DNA from: a virus
Strand: one strand, 5' to 3'
Virus record (IMG/VR): IMGVR_UViG_3300014499_000004
Location: 3,761 to 67,760 of that record
DNA: 64,000 nucleotides
This document shows positions 49,567 to 58,398 of the stretch, piece by piece. Under the pieces are notes generated by a model. It ran no database searches, was not told the origin of the DNA, and saw only the letters and a list, made by a program, of their open reading frames with translations. Both the position numbers and the translations under genes were made by a program. Position 1 is the first letter of the stretch. Each line of letters starts with the position of its first letter.

Positions 49567-49748
49567 TGTATAATAATGGAGGAAGTGCTTCTCAAGCAGT
49601 TAAATGTATTGGTTTTGGGAGAATATTTGGACACAAATTTAAAATGAATGCAGGTGATTATACATTTGTACTACGAATTTGTAAGAGATGTGGATATCAT
49701 CCTGAAGGATGGGAAGGTATAGAAAAAGGTATAGAAAAATAGTATTAA

Positions 49749-49823
49749 GCCTCTGTAACTCAGTCTGGACAGAGTACTCCGTTTCTACCGGAATAGTCGG
49801 GCGTTCAAATCGCTCCAGGGGCA
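49749..49823 (+). tRNA. tRNA-Arg(TCT)
   Basis: GCCTCTG/CAGGGGC acceptor, TCCG TTTCTAC CGGA anticodon arm, GCGTTCAAATCGC. Confidence 0.85.
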
Positions 49824-49882
49824 CTTAGTTTTAACAGATCTCAATGTATGAGAAAAAAAAATAGTAGTTAGAAAGGAATTAA

Positions 49883-50119
49883 ATGTCAGAAACTATTAAG
49901 ACTATTCCTTATGGTATAGTGAATGCTGGTAAGCCAGAGGTTAATTACTTTAATTTTAGGCCAACACCAGTAACAAAGAAAAAGGTAAAAGGAATTCAAG
50001 AGCTTGGTCTAACGATCAAATCAACAGTGAATTCTCCACGAACCAGTAGAGCAATTCGTCGTAGTGTGAATGGTTCATTTGGTAAGGAAAGACTGCTAGC
50101 ATCAGAGTTTAATCTATAA
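49883..50119 (+). CDS. basic hypothetical protein
   Basis: AAAGGA RBS. Confidence 0.65.
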   Translation: MSETIKTIPYGIVNAGKPEVNYFNFRPTPVTKKKVKGIQELGLTIKSTVNSPRTSRAIRRSVNGSFGKERLLASEFNL

Positions 50120-50304
50120 GGAGTACTTATGAAGATGAATGAACTCATTGAATATCTCATCATGGTTGAAAAAGATGAGTCTATAGATGATCTAGAGATT
50201 CGTTGTAGTCATCGTGGTGGAGGACTTGAATTATTTCCAACATCAGTTGAGTTAGTAACTATTGCTGGAACTGATAAAATATATTTTTCATTAGAGGTTA
50301 TATA

Positions 50305-50526
50305 ATGGAAGTATGGGTGTTAGAGCAATACTTATCAGCAGAAGGAACTTCAGAGACTCTAAATGTTTATGAAAATGTAGATGTAGCCATAAATGAAGTT
50401 AAAAGACTACATATAGATATTATATGGGCCCAAATTAAAGATGGTAGTTGGGCCAGTAATCAGGTAGATGATGTAATCTATTATATTAATAAATTTGAAG
50501 TTATTCTAGATGAAGTACCAAATTAA
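50305..50526 (+). CDS. hypothetical protein
   Basis: GAGG RBS. Confidence 0.65.
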   Translation: MEVWVLEQYLSAEGTSETLNVYENVDVAINEVKRLHIDIIWAQIKDGSWASNQVDDVIYYINKFEVILDEVPN

Positions 50527-50536
50527 GGAGATATAA

Positions 50537-50725
50537 ATGGATAACGAGAAACGAATTCAGAATTATGTTAAGCAGAGGAAGGCTACTACTTCAGCATGTC
50601 TTTCTTTTAGACAGAAGCGTCGTATTCGTAAGCATGATAAGAAGGAAAATAGATCAAAATTGTTAGTATCGAATCACTCAGCAAAACATCTTAATGAAGA
50701 TGCAACTGTTGCTTTACATGAATAA
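50537..50725 (+). CDS. basic hypothetical protein
   Basis: AAGGAG RBS; RQKRRIRKH. Confidence 0.65.
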   Translation: MDNEKRIQNYVKQRKATTSACLSFRQKRRIRKHDKKENRSKLLVSNHSAKHLNEDATVALHE

Positions 50726-50737
50726 CTAAGTAGTACA

Positions 50738-50780
50738 GCACTGAATGGTTGTAATGAAAGGTTCGATTCCTTCCAGTGCG
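50738..50780 (+). ncRNA. top-half tRNA mimic (family B)
   Basis: GCACTG AATGGTTGTAAT GAAAGG TTCGATT CCTTC CAGTGC G. Confidence 0.7.
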
Positions 50781-50833
50781 CGATAGATAGATGCGCCATC
50801 GTATACAATCCTACGATAATGCGAATCGCTATT

Positions 50834-50862
50834 AGACCTAGATATATGTCTTTAAAGTGTCT
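50834..50862 (+). ncRNA. pseudoknot family A
   Basis: AGAC-CTAGATATAT-GTCT-TTAAAG-TGTCT. Confidence 0.6.
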
Positions 50863-50865
50863 CGT

Positions 50866-51505
50866 TACTATATGATTGATTCAAAAATCAATGCTTATAA
50901 CAGAGTTGACTGTAGAAATACTCTTTTAAGAATGAATTCTTTTGAAAAAAGATATAGTAAATGTGGAGCTGAGTAATCTCTTACCATAGGAATATTTATG
51001 GGCTAAACTATTTGTTATATTGACGATAGATATTATTCGAAATTTATCTAATGTGAAAAGCATTAAGGAAATAGTTAATAGAATATTATACTTTCGCAGC
51101 TGCATTAGATAATATCGACTGACATCTAACATAACTGAGCAAAGTACGGCTAGCGTCCGAGAAGGAATGTTATGACATTTATCAGGGGAGATAATATTGA
51201 CAATAAATATAACGTTTTGCACACAACGGCTTATGATCCATCCAGAAAATGGCATACCAAACTTATGTATGATGTTTGATATACAGAAGAGGTCAATCCC
51301 AGGATTAAATGTTGGTGTTTAGGTATTTACCAATAATGGCTTTGGCCCTGAGGTAATTGAGGGTAGGATCTATTAGTCAGCCTATAAAAATATATGGACT
51401 AAAATGCTAATTCTATTAGAAAGTTTTAGGCTTGTGGGTTAACACACGAAAATAAGACTCAAAGATAGGAATTAGTGAGAAGTAAAAGGACAACCCCTTT
51501 GGTTG
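50866..51505 (+). ncRNA. candidate large structured ncRNA region
   Basis: About 640 nt without a plausible + ORF, bracketed by family A and B elements; long-range complementarity TAATAGAAT/ATTCTATTA. Confidence 0.35.
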
Positions 51506-51510
51506 AGGTA

Positions 51511-51563
51511 ACTCCAGGTAGATAGTTTTGGTACAGTAATGGGTTCGATCCCCTTCTGGAGTG
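51511..51563 (+). ncRNA. top-half tRNA mimic (family B)
   Basis: ACTCCAG...TGGT...GGG TTCGATC CCCTT CTGGAGT G. Confidence 0.7.
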
Positions 51564-51593
51564 CGATGTATAATTAAGAAAGAAGGTTAATAT

Positions 51594-51785
51594 ATGGCAA
51601 GACTATTAGTTAGTGAACTTATTGACTACAATCTTGAAAATGGATTAATAAATGAAAAATGTAAAGGTTGTCAACCACATGGGGATTATTATATACTGTG
51701 TTCCTACCATGAAGGTTGGGTTGATGGCATTGATGCTAAATTTGCTCAAATTTCAAAGATAATGGATAAGGAAATGGAAAAATAA
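51594..51785 (+). CDS. hypothetical protein
   Basis: CKGC...CSYHEGW. Confidence 0.65.
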   Translation: MARLLVSELIDYNLENGLINEKCKGCQPHGDYYILCSYHEGWVDGIDAKFAQISKIMDKEMEK

Positions 51786-52090
51786 TGGATTTTTATGAAA
51801 ACGCAGCAGCGTTACAAAGAGATGTACCAAATTTGCATACTGGTGATACTGTTAATGAAAAGAATTTCAGCACAGCAGAACTTGCTGAGCAGATGGCAGT
51901 TGCCTTTCAAAGGGGACGTAAATATAATTTTGGTAAGCTTAAAGGTAAAATTCAAGATGCAATTGATAATATTAGAAAATTTAAACCAGATGCAGCAACT
52001 TCTAGAGCAATTAGTACTAACTATGAAGATGGTCGAGCAGATGCTTATATCATAGTTTTAGGTTGGATATATGAACTAGAAAAGAATTAA
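51785..52090 (+). CDS. hypothetical protein
   Basis: 101-aa ORF. Confidence 0.65.
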   Translation: MDFYENAAALQRDVPNLHTGDTVNEKNFSTAELAEQMAVAFQRGRKYNFGKLKGKIQDAIDNIRKFKPDAATSRAISTNYEDGRADAYIIVLGWIYELEKN

Positions 52091-52132
52091 CCCCATATGG
52101 TACAAGTACAGGTTCAATTCCTGTATGGGGTA
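52090..52132 (+). ncRNA. top-half tRNA mimic (family B)
   Basis: ACCCCAT ATGGTACAAGT ACAGG TTCAATT CCTGT ATGGGGT A. Confidence 0.8.
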
Positions 52133-52159
52133 CAAAGTTAATTAAGAAAAGGAGAAAAA

Positions 52160-52444
52160 ATGTATGAAGATTTTGCAAAACAACATTTTGAAAAATTAAA
52201 AGGAACAGATAATGATTATTTAGTAATATGTAGAGAAAATAATTCTACTGCTGGTCCATATAGAGATTATGGTTGGAGTACAATACCATATCCGCCTCTT
52301 TGGAACACTATCGAAGAAGCAATTAGATGGCACTTTGAAAAAGGTTGGCAGATAGTTGAAATATATGATCTGTATGCAGAATGGCATAAAGCAATAATAA
52401 GAAGTGTTGAAAAAGCTGATAAACAGAAAAGAGAAAGTTTTTAA
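52160..52444 (+). CDS. hypothetical protein, paralog of 56098
   Basis: KQHF, DYLVI, WSTIP, IYDLYA shared. Confidence 0.75.
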   Translation: MYEDFAKQHFEKLKGTDNDYLVICRENNSTAGPYRDYGWSTIPYPPLWNTIEEAIRWHFEKGWQIVEIYDLYAEWHKAIIRSVEKADKQKRESF

Positions 52445-52445
52445 T

Positions 52446-52745
52446 ATGCAAGATAATTATCAAACTTGTATAGTAAAAATGGAACAATTTGAAGAGTTTG
52501 TACATTATGATGGTAATATGACTGGTTATTTATCTCACATAGATATTCAGTTAATTAAACATTATCATATTAATTATTTGATTTATTCTTATTCAACATT
52601 AATATGTTTTATTAATTTTAACGATAAAACCTATTGTATAAACCCCCAAAGATATAGTACTACTACTAGTAAACAAGTATCATATATTAGAAGAGCAGTT
52701 AAAGTATGGGAACGTAAAGGATTTCAAAGAATTTTATGGATTTAG
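52446..52745 (+). CDS. hypothetical phage protein
   Basis: YSYSTLI...YSTTTSKQ; start reassigned. Confidence 0.65.
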   Translation: MQDNYQTCIVKMEQFEEFVHYDGNMTGYLSHIDIQLIKHYHINYLIYSYSTLICFINFNDKTYCINPQRYSTTTSKQVSYIRRAVKVWERKGFQRILWI

Positions 52746-52763
52746 TAAAAGAAAGGAAATAAA

Positions 52764-53285
52764 ATGATTAATTTTAATAAAATTAAGCAACAGCATTTAA
52801 AATTGGAAGATATGAATGGAATGCCATATTGTGATAAATGTACAATTATTTGGCCTTGTGAAGTGATAACAATTTTAGATGAGTTTGAACACTTTATTAA
52901 GAAGATTAAGTTTAATTCAAAGGTTGTTTATTCTTGGATTAAAGATTATCAAGAAGTATTTGAGGTAGGAGATATTGTTGACTTTGTGAATAGTGCATTA
53001 CCTGAAGAGTTTGCTAATGTTGCAACTATTAAAGATATTGAATCACTACCCACCTACCATCTGGAAGATGATGATGGAAGAGGGTGGATAAATGTTAAGC
53101 AAAATGATCTCACCATGATCAAGAAGCGTCAAGATAAAGAATTAGTACCTCATGCTCATAGTTCTGATTGTACTAGTTGGAGAACATGTAATTGTCCAAG
53201 AATTGTAGAAGTTTGTGCTAAATGTGGAACACCATTTGATAATGATAAGTTTAATAGATGTAAAATATGTCATCCTATGGGATAA
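52764..53285 (+). CDS. Cys-rich hypothetical protein
   Basis: CDKCTIIWPC and C-terminal Cys clusters. Confidence 0.7.
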   Translation: MINFNKIKQQHLKLEDMNGMPYCDKCTIIWPCEVITILDEFEHFIKKIKFNSKVVYSWIKDYQEVFEVGDIVDFVNSALPEEFANVATIKDIESLPTYHLEDDDGRGWINVKQNDLTMIKKRQDKELVPHAHSSDCTSWRTCNCPRIVEVCAKCGTPFDNDKFNRCKICHPMG

Positions 53286-53298
53286 TACTTAAAGAAAC

Positions 53299-53328
53299 AT
53301 GACCTTAAACACGTCATTAAACTGTTTA
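53299..53328 (+). ncRNA. pseudoknot family A
   Basis: ATGAC-CTTAAACAC-GTCAT-TAAAC-TGTTTA. Confidence 0.7.
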
Positions 53329-53331
53329 CAT

Positions 53332-53494
53332 GGTCCTGATAGTTGGTATTACTATCTTTAAACTACGAGTTATTGATCAGTTTCAGTTAATAATCCCTAG
53401 TATGTTCGCTTTATATAAATGTATTTTAATTGATTTTAGCATTTATATTTAGCTTGAGCAATTATAGTAGGTAGTTCAAATCTACCCAGGACCC
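53332..53494 (+). ncRNA. tRNA-framed RNA with about 130-nt insert
   Basis: GGTCCTG/CAGGACC acceptor, GGTAG TTCAAAT CTACC T-arm, three internal hairpins. Confidence 0.65.
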
Positions 53495-53526
53495 CTAGTT
53501 TTAAAATACAAATAGAAAAGAGAAAG

Positions 53527-54042
53527 ATGGAAAATGAATTTGAAAATGAATTTAATGATAATAGTACAGATCTTAAATCCCTAGAGGAGTTTTTTAGTAA
53601 AGAAATTAACAATCTTTTTACTCCTCAAGAAATAATGATATTATCATTGTCGTTAAATCACATAGCAAATGTATTAAATCTATACAGTATGTATTCTGAT
53701 GTAGCTATTTTTGATGTAAAAGCATTTATAGAGAAACATCCTGAATATGCTAATATAGATTTTAATAATTTAAAAGATTTAGATGAAGATACACTAAAAA
53801 CTATAGAAGATGCACTTTATGATAAAAATGGAAGTAATGGTGAAGAATTTAATAAAGGTGATATACTTATTAAAAATATTATTACAACAATATTAAGTGC
53901 TTCTTCAAAGTTGTATAATACCTATACAAAAGAATATAGTAAAATATCACCACCAGATACAGAACCATTTTTTACAATGTTAGAGAATTGTTTACAAAGT
54001 TCTCTTTCATTGTTAACAGCACTCTTTACACCAAGACCTTAA
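53527..54042 (+). CDS. acidic helical hypothetical protein
   Basis: 171 aa, very AT-rich. Confidence 0.7.
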   Translation: MENEFENEFNDNSTDLKSLEEFFSKEINNLFTPQEIMILSLSLNHIANVLNLYSMYSDVAIFDVKAFIEKHPEYANIDFNNLKDLDEDTLKTIEDALYDKNGSNGEEFNKGDILIKNIITTILSASSKLYNTYTKEYSKISPPDTEPFFTMLENCLQSSLSLLTALFTPRP

Positions 54043-54060
54043 AGAAAGAGAAGAAATAAA

Positions 54061-54423
54061 ATGGATGAATCTAAAATATTAGAGGAATGTGTTAATATTA
54101 GCCTTACTCCTCTCCAGACTATACTGTTATCAAAAACTTTAATTGTAACTAATACATTAATAGATTTTCTGTTAGCAAATAATTGTATGGACATAGAAAA
54201 AATTAAAAACGATAGTTCTGAAATTCCAGTTTTTGAACCAACAGGAAATATTCTAATTAAATCTGCAGTTGCAGCAATGAAAGAAGTTTGTGACAAGATT
54301 TGGGAAAGTGGACGTGAAGAAATTGGAGAAGAAATTCCTGAAGAATTTGAAGAAGTTATATTAGTATATTCTACAGTCGTAGAGCAAATTGCTATACAAT
54401 TTGTAAAATCATTAAAAAAATAG
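54061..54423 (+). CDS. acidic helical hypothetical protein
   Basis: 120 aa. Confidence 0.7.
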   Translation: MDESKILEECVNISLTPLQTILLSKTLIVTNTLIDFLLANNCMDIEKIKNDSSEIPVFEPTGNILIKSAVAAMKEVCDKIWESGREEIGEEIPEEFEEVILVYSTVVEQIAIQFVKSLKK

Positions 54424-54440
54424 AGAGAAAGATAAATTAA

Positions 54441-54599
54441 ATGTCAAAACACAGTACTGAAAATGGGAAACCAGCACAGAGACTTCAGAAGAGAATAGAT
54501 GCTTATGAGGACTCTGTTAATGGTAGATCTTCAGGTAGTTATCCGCAAAGTGCTAGTATTAGAAATACTTTGCGAAAGCCGGGGAGTAGGAAAAAATGA
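54441..54599 (+). CDS. small basic protein
   Basis: Manual ORF ending RKPGSRKK. Confidence 0.55.
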   Translation: MSKHSTENGKPAQRLQKRIDAYEDSVNGRSSGSYPQSASIRNTLRKPGSRKK

Positions 54600-54832
54600 T
54601 TTGGTGGATTACTGAAAAATTTTACAAAGTTGCTCCATGGTTTTGGGTAATAGCTACATTTATATGGATAATTAGTGACTTTATCTTATGGTGTCAAGAG
54701 AAATCTATTATTAGTTGGGGATCATTTGGCTATTTTATTTTAATTCTTTTAACAATGTGGATCTTTGAAAGCAATTGGAAAATTTTAGTTGCAAGATCAA
54801 ATGCTAAAAAAGTATCAAGAAATAGGAGATAA
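54596..54832 (+). CDS. two-TM membrane protein
   Basis: Trp-rich hydrophobic helices. Confidence 0.65.
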   Translation: MIWWITEKFYKVAPWFWVIATFIWIISDFILWCQEKSIISWGSFGYFILILLTMWIFESNWKILVARSNAKKVSRNRR

Positions 54833-54834
54833 CT

Positions 54835-55083
54835 ATGATTTGTAATAGTCATTGTAGCCATGGTGGAGTTTGTATACTAACAGAAAATCATGAAGAAAAG
54901 CATGATAGTCGATACTGTCAGTGGACTGATGAAGAAGCTATTAGTAAAGAAGAAGCAGATCAACTGTTCTTACTTGAAGCAAAATTTCAAGGAGCTGAAC
55001 AAATAGCAGAATTAATGATTGCTATAGAAGATCAACTAATGGCTCGTTTAAAAGAGTTAGAAGAAGAAGAAAATAAAAAATAA
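54835..55083 (+). CDS. hypothetical protein
   Basis: AGGAG RBS; CNSHCSHGGVC. Confidence 0.65.
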   Translation: MICNSHCSHGGVCILTENHEEKHDSRYCQWTDEEAISKEEADQLFLLEAKFQGAEQIAELMIAIEDQLMARLKELEEEENKK

Positions 55084-55090
55084 GTAGTAA

Positions 55091-55134
55091 GGGCAGCTGG
55101 TGCGTTAAAGGGAGTTCGTTTCTCCCTTTGCCCA
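55091..55134 (+). ncRNA. top-half tRNA mimic (family B)
   Basis: GGGCAG CTGGTGCGTTAAA GGGAG TTCGTTT CTCCC TTTGCCC A. Confidence 0.7.
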
Positions 55135-55202
55135 CGATATTAGCAGTAATGATATGTATAATATCAATTAGTATCAGTAAAGACAGTTAAAAAAGGAGAT
55201 AT

Positions 55203-55547
55203 ATGAATGATGAAAATATTCAAATAAAAGATTTAACTGAAATGGAAAGATTAGTTATCGGTAGTTCTATAAATTTTGTTTATAATATTATTAATAGTCA
55301 AATTTATCATATAGAACACCATGACCCAGCATTAACAGAATTATTAGCTTCTAATGAAATTGCTCAAGAAGATTATATTCTTTTACAAAATTTAAGAGAA
55401 GTTACAGAAAAGTTGACTAATTTGTTTGGTAATACACTTTCTTCATTTTCAGATGAAGAAAAAGAAAGTTTATCAAAACCAGGTATGAAATTAGAATTCT
55501 TTTTTCAGGGAATATTTCATGCAATATCATGTGATGACGGAAATTAA
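55203..55547 (+). CDS. acidic helical hypothetical protein
   Basis: AAGGAG RBS. Confidence 0.7.
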   Translation: MNDENIQIKDLTEMERLVIGSSINFVYNIINSQIYHIEHHDPALTELLASNEIAQEDYILLQNLREVTEKLTNLFGNTLSSFSDEEKESLSKPGMKLEFFFQGIFHAISCDDGN

Positions 55548-55581
55548 AACTATAATAAACAATAATATTTAAAGGGAAAAA

Positions 55582-56013
55582 ATGTTAGATGATGAATTTA
55601 AAAAGATTGAAGACTTCCTTAAAGTTGGAGGAAATTTAGAGTTACAAACTCTTCAAAAATTTGAAGAAATAGTAGATGACTTTATTACAAATAAATTTAA
55701 AGTGAATTCTAAGGAAAGTTTTTCAACTTTAAATTTACTAATTTTTCATAGTTATAGTGAATTTGAAAAAAGTAATGAAAGTATTACAAAAGATTTTGCT
55801 ATTACTATATTAGTTATTAAAAAACTTATATTAATACTTCAAAATACAAATGATGAATCTATTTTGAATGAAGAAGATAAAAAAACATATATGCGATTAA
55901 TAAAAATGTTAATGGGTTCATTTAAGAAAGAAATTGAATCTCATCTTAATTTCTTTAAGACATTTGCAGAATATATTGATGATATTACTAACTTACTTAG
56001 TACTGAAAGCTAA
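55582..56013 (+). CDS. helical hypothetical protein
   Basis: 143 aa, very AT-rich. Confidence 0.65.
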   Translation: MLDDEFKKIEDFLKVGGNLELQTLQKFEEIVDDFITNKFKVNSKESFSTLNLLIFHSYSEFEKSNESITKDFAITILVIKKLILILQNTNDESILNEEDKKTYMRLIKMLMGSFKKEIESHLNFFKTFAEYIDDITNLLSTES

Positions 56014-56025
56014 AATAAGTTAGTA

Positions 56026-56070
56026 GGGGTTCTGGTGATTTTATAGTGGGTTCGATTCCCACTGACCCCG
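56026..56070 (+). ncRNA. top-half tRNA mimic (family B)
   Basis: GGGGTT CTGGTGATTTTATA GTGGG TTCGATT CCCAC TGACCCC G. Confidence 0.75.
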
Positions 56071-56097
56071 CTCAGTAAATAAAAAATAGGAGTTATA

Positions 56098-56367
56098 ATG
56101 ATAGATCCACAATATAGAAAAGAATATACAAAACAACATTTTATGAATAATGTTGAAAAAGATGCAGACTACTTAGTAATACTCGAAAAAAGTGATACTT
56201 TAAATTGGTCTACTATACCAAGTGTATTTGGAGTATTTGAAACTGTAGATGAAGCAATTGAATATTTTTTTAGTGAGGATAAGACCGGTAAAAAATGGAC
56301 CACAATTAGAATATATGATCTTTATGCACCATTCGAAACATCAATAATACAAAGTTCATCACGTTAA
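56098..56367 (+). CDS. hypothetical protein, paralog of 52160
   Basis: Shared motifs; AGGAG RBS. Confidence 0.75.
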   Translation: MIDPQYRKEYTKQHFMNNVEKDADYLVILEKSDTLNWSTIPSVFGVFETVDEAIEYFFSEDKTGKKWTTIRIYDLYAPFETSIIQSSSR

Positions 56368-56392
56368 ATGAGCTAATTACTCACTCATATCC

Positions 56393-56422
56393 TTGATTTT
56401 TTATCAAAATTGATGCTATACT
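56393..56422 (+). promoter_or_regulatory. sigma70-type promoter
   Basis: TTGATT-18-TATACT with extended -10 TG. Confidence 0.5.
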
Positions 56423-56452
56423 ATTAGATATACATTAAGCAAGGAAATATCT

Positions 56453-56659
56453 ATGAGCACTACGAAAGACAATCGTTTAATCTTTAAAATCAAGAATAGC
56501 AATCGTAAAAAGTATTTTACTCAATCTACTGACTCCGAGAAATATACGGCTCGAAAACTCCGTAAATTCAATAATGGAGCGTTCGGTAGAATGAAATCTC
56601 ATAATACCAAAAACTATAACAAGATGATTATTGGAACTAGTTTAGGATCAAAGATGTAA
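56453..56659 (+). CDS. basic hypothetical protein
   Basis: AAGGA RBS. Confidence 0.55.
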   Translation: MSTTKDNRLIFKIKNSNRKKYFTQSTDSEKYTARKLRKFNNGAFGRMKSHNTKNYNKMIIGTSLGSKM

Positions 56660-56667
56660 TTTACATT

Positions 56668-56696
56668 AGACCCGGATATGTCTCAAAACTATGCCC
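56668..56696 (+). ncRNA. pseudoknot family A (degenerate)
   Basis: AGAC-CCGGATAT-GTCT-CAAAAC-TATGCC. Confidence 0.4.
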
Positions 56697-56731
56697 CGTA
56701 AGGTATGTAATAAATATAATACGATACATCC

Positions 56732-56759
56732 ACGACCTGAGTATGTCGTTAAAGTGCTC
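56732..56759 (+). ncRNA. pseudoknot family A
   Basis: ACGAC-CTGAGTAT-GTCGT-TAAAG-TGCTC. Confidence 0.75.
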
Positions 56760-56788
56760 TATTTCTTATATAAAAAAAGGAGTGTAAT

Positions 56789-57391
56789 ATGAAATTACAA
56801 ACAGTTATAGATAAAGATTATGTACCACAAGTTGGTGATGTTCTATCTAATGATAAACATTCATGCATAACTATAGAGATGATTTATAAATTAGATAGAT
56901 ATTCATATAGAGTTAATAGGAATTATAATGATGATCTATTTAAATATGAAGCTCTTAAGAAAGTAATTCGGAGAAAAGAAATTATTTGGAGTCAACACAA
57001 ATTTGATTTTCAATTATTTCCAGTAACTAGCCCAGCACACCGTGGTAATGACGAAGAACAAACTATAGATATACGCAAGAATATAACTTTTCATATATAT
57101 CTTTTTTATAATGACAACAAACAATATCAGCGATTATACAATTCAAAGTATGATTTCCCGCCTCAGCGTAAAAGTAGAGTTATAATAGGTAAAAAAATAA
57201 TGGTAAGAGTAAATCATAGTTTATGTCGTGAGGAAGTTCCAGCTGATGAAAAACAATATCATTCATCTGGAAGAGGTTGCTACTATTGGTATGGCAAAAA
57301 AGCTACTCCATTAGGTTCTCTTGTAAATCAGAAATTTGTATACCATGGTAATATATACTCTGATCTATTAGAGTCGCATGATTGGGACTAA
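56789..57391 (+). CDS. hypothetical protein
   Basis: AAGGAG RBS, 200 aa. Confidence 0.7.
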   Translation: MKLQTVIDKDYVPQVGDVLSNDKHSCITIEMIYKLDRYSYRVNRNYNDDLFKYEALKKVIRRKEIIWSQHKFDFQLFPVTSPAHRGNDEEQTIDIRKNITFHIYLFYNDNKQYQRLYNSKYDFPPQRKSRVIIGKKIMVRVNHSLCREEVPADEKQYHSSGRGCYYWYGKKATPLGSLVNQKFVYHGNIYSDLLESHDWD

Positions 57392-57667
57392 ATGAAAGTT
57401 AACTTTAATGATGAAGATCATGAGAGTGTAGTAATAGCCATGGAAGTTGGTTATCAAGCACTAGCAGATTTAGCAAATTTGTATAAAGAGATCAATAGTG
57501 AATTATTAAAACAATTAGCTATCTTTGAGGGTAAATCAGTTAGAGATATTAAGAAAGATATTAATACTTCTTTATCATTAGATGGTAAAGAAAAAGATTT
57601 ATTAGCAAAGATTAAAGCATCACAAGAAGTAATAAAAAGATATAATAAGTCAAAAAAGGAGAAATAA
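57392..57667 (+). CDS. hypothetical protein
   Basis: 91 aa. Confidence 0.65.
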   Translation: MKVNFNDEDHESVVIAMEVGYQALADLANLYKEINSELLKQLAIFEGKSVRDIKKDINTSLSLDGKEKDLLAKIKASQEVIKRYNKSKKEK

Positions 57668-57868
57668 ATGCCTCAAAGTGAAACATTTTGTTGGATGCAT
57701 ATGAAAGATCATTGTAATCACTGTGAACTTGAACAATTAAGAAAAATTGTTAAAGATGCAGTTTACAATATTGAATCTGCTGATAGTTTTGGTGATGAAT
57801 TAGATCCTGATGATTTACTAAAAATACTTAAACGCCCAATTAAACCTAGTAACATCATAGAAGAATAA
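57668..57868 (+). CDS. hypothetical protein
   Basis: AAGGAG RBS. Confidence 0.65.
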   Translation: MPQSETFCWMHMKDHCNHCELEQLRKIVKDAVYNIESADSFGDELDPDDLLKILKRPIKPSNIIEE

Positions 57869-57872
57869 CACA

Positions 57873-57915
57873 ACCCCATATGGTATTTACATCTGTTCGA
57901 TTCAGATGTGGGGTA
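57873..57915 (+). ncRNA. top-half tRNA mimic (family B)
   Basis: ACCCCAT ATGGTATTTAC ATCTG TTCGATT CAGAT GTGGGGT A. Confidence 0.8.
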
Positions 57916-58177
57916 CTTAATCGTAACAAACTTGTAATATTAAGTTACTTGCTAATCTAGCTGGTATCAGTTACTCTTTATAATGCCCGTAGGGTTAAAG
58001 GGTGCTGGGGTGGGGTAGTAACTCCATAACACTAACTAATAGTCAATTGATAGTCATTGTTACTTGTGAAGTAACGTATATCACTAATAGTTAACAGTTA
58101 ATCAATCAAATATATAACAGTTAGTTATTAATCCCTTAATATTTAAGGTGTAATAGAATCTAAAATAATGTAGTACA

Positions 58178-58219
58178 GCTCCAAATGGTTATATACCAGT
58201 TCGATTCTGGTCTGGAGCA
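58178..58219 (+). ncRNA. top-half tRNA mimic (family B)
   Basis: GCTCCA AATGGTTATAT ACCAG TTCGATT CTGGT CTGGAGC A. Confidence 0.75.
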
Positions 58220-58398
58220 CGACTGATAACTGATGGATCTTCTTTTCTTAGAATAAGTGGAGGGATTACAGGCAGTCTAATAGTATGTACGTTTATCTAT
58301 TTCTAGCATACTTGATAATAAGGAATAGGGGAATAGTTATGGCTATAAACTGTAAATAATAGTACAAGTCTCCAATCATGAGAGGGTGAAAGCTGTGA

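Noticed and set aside
49749-49823. Possible amber suppressor (CTA in the anticodon loop) or recoded genome
   Set aside because: The stem register TCCG/CGGA puts TCT at positions 34-36; long ORFs are intact under code 11 and TAG ends several tightly packed genes
50926-51255. 109-aa minus-strand ORF
   Set aside because: Opposite to local transcription, no RBS, no recognisable motif, lies in a structured non-coding region
53332-53494. tmRNA
   Set aside because: Too short, with no G3-U70 Ala identity pair, no A discriminator and no evident tag ORF
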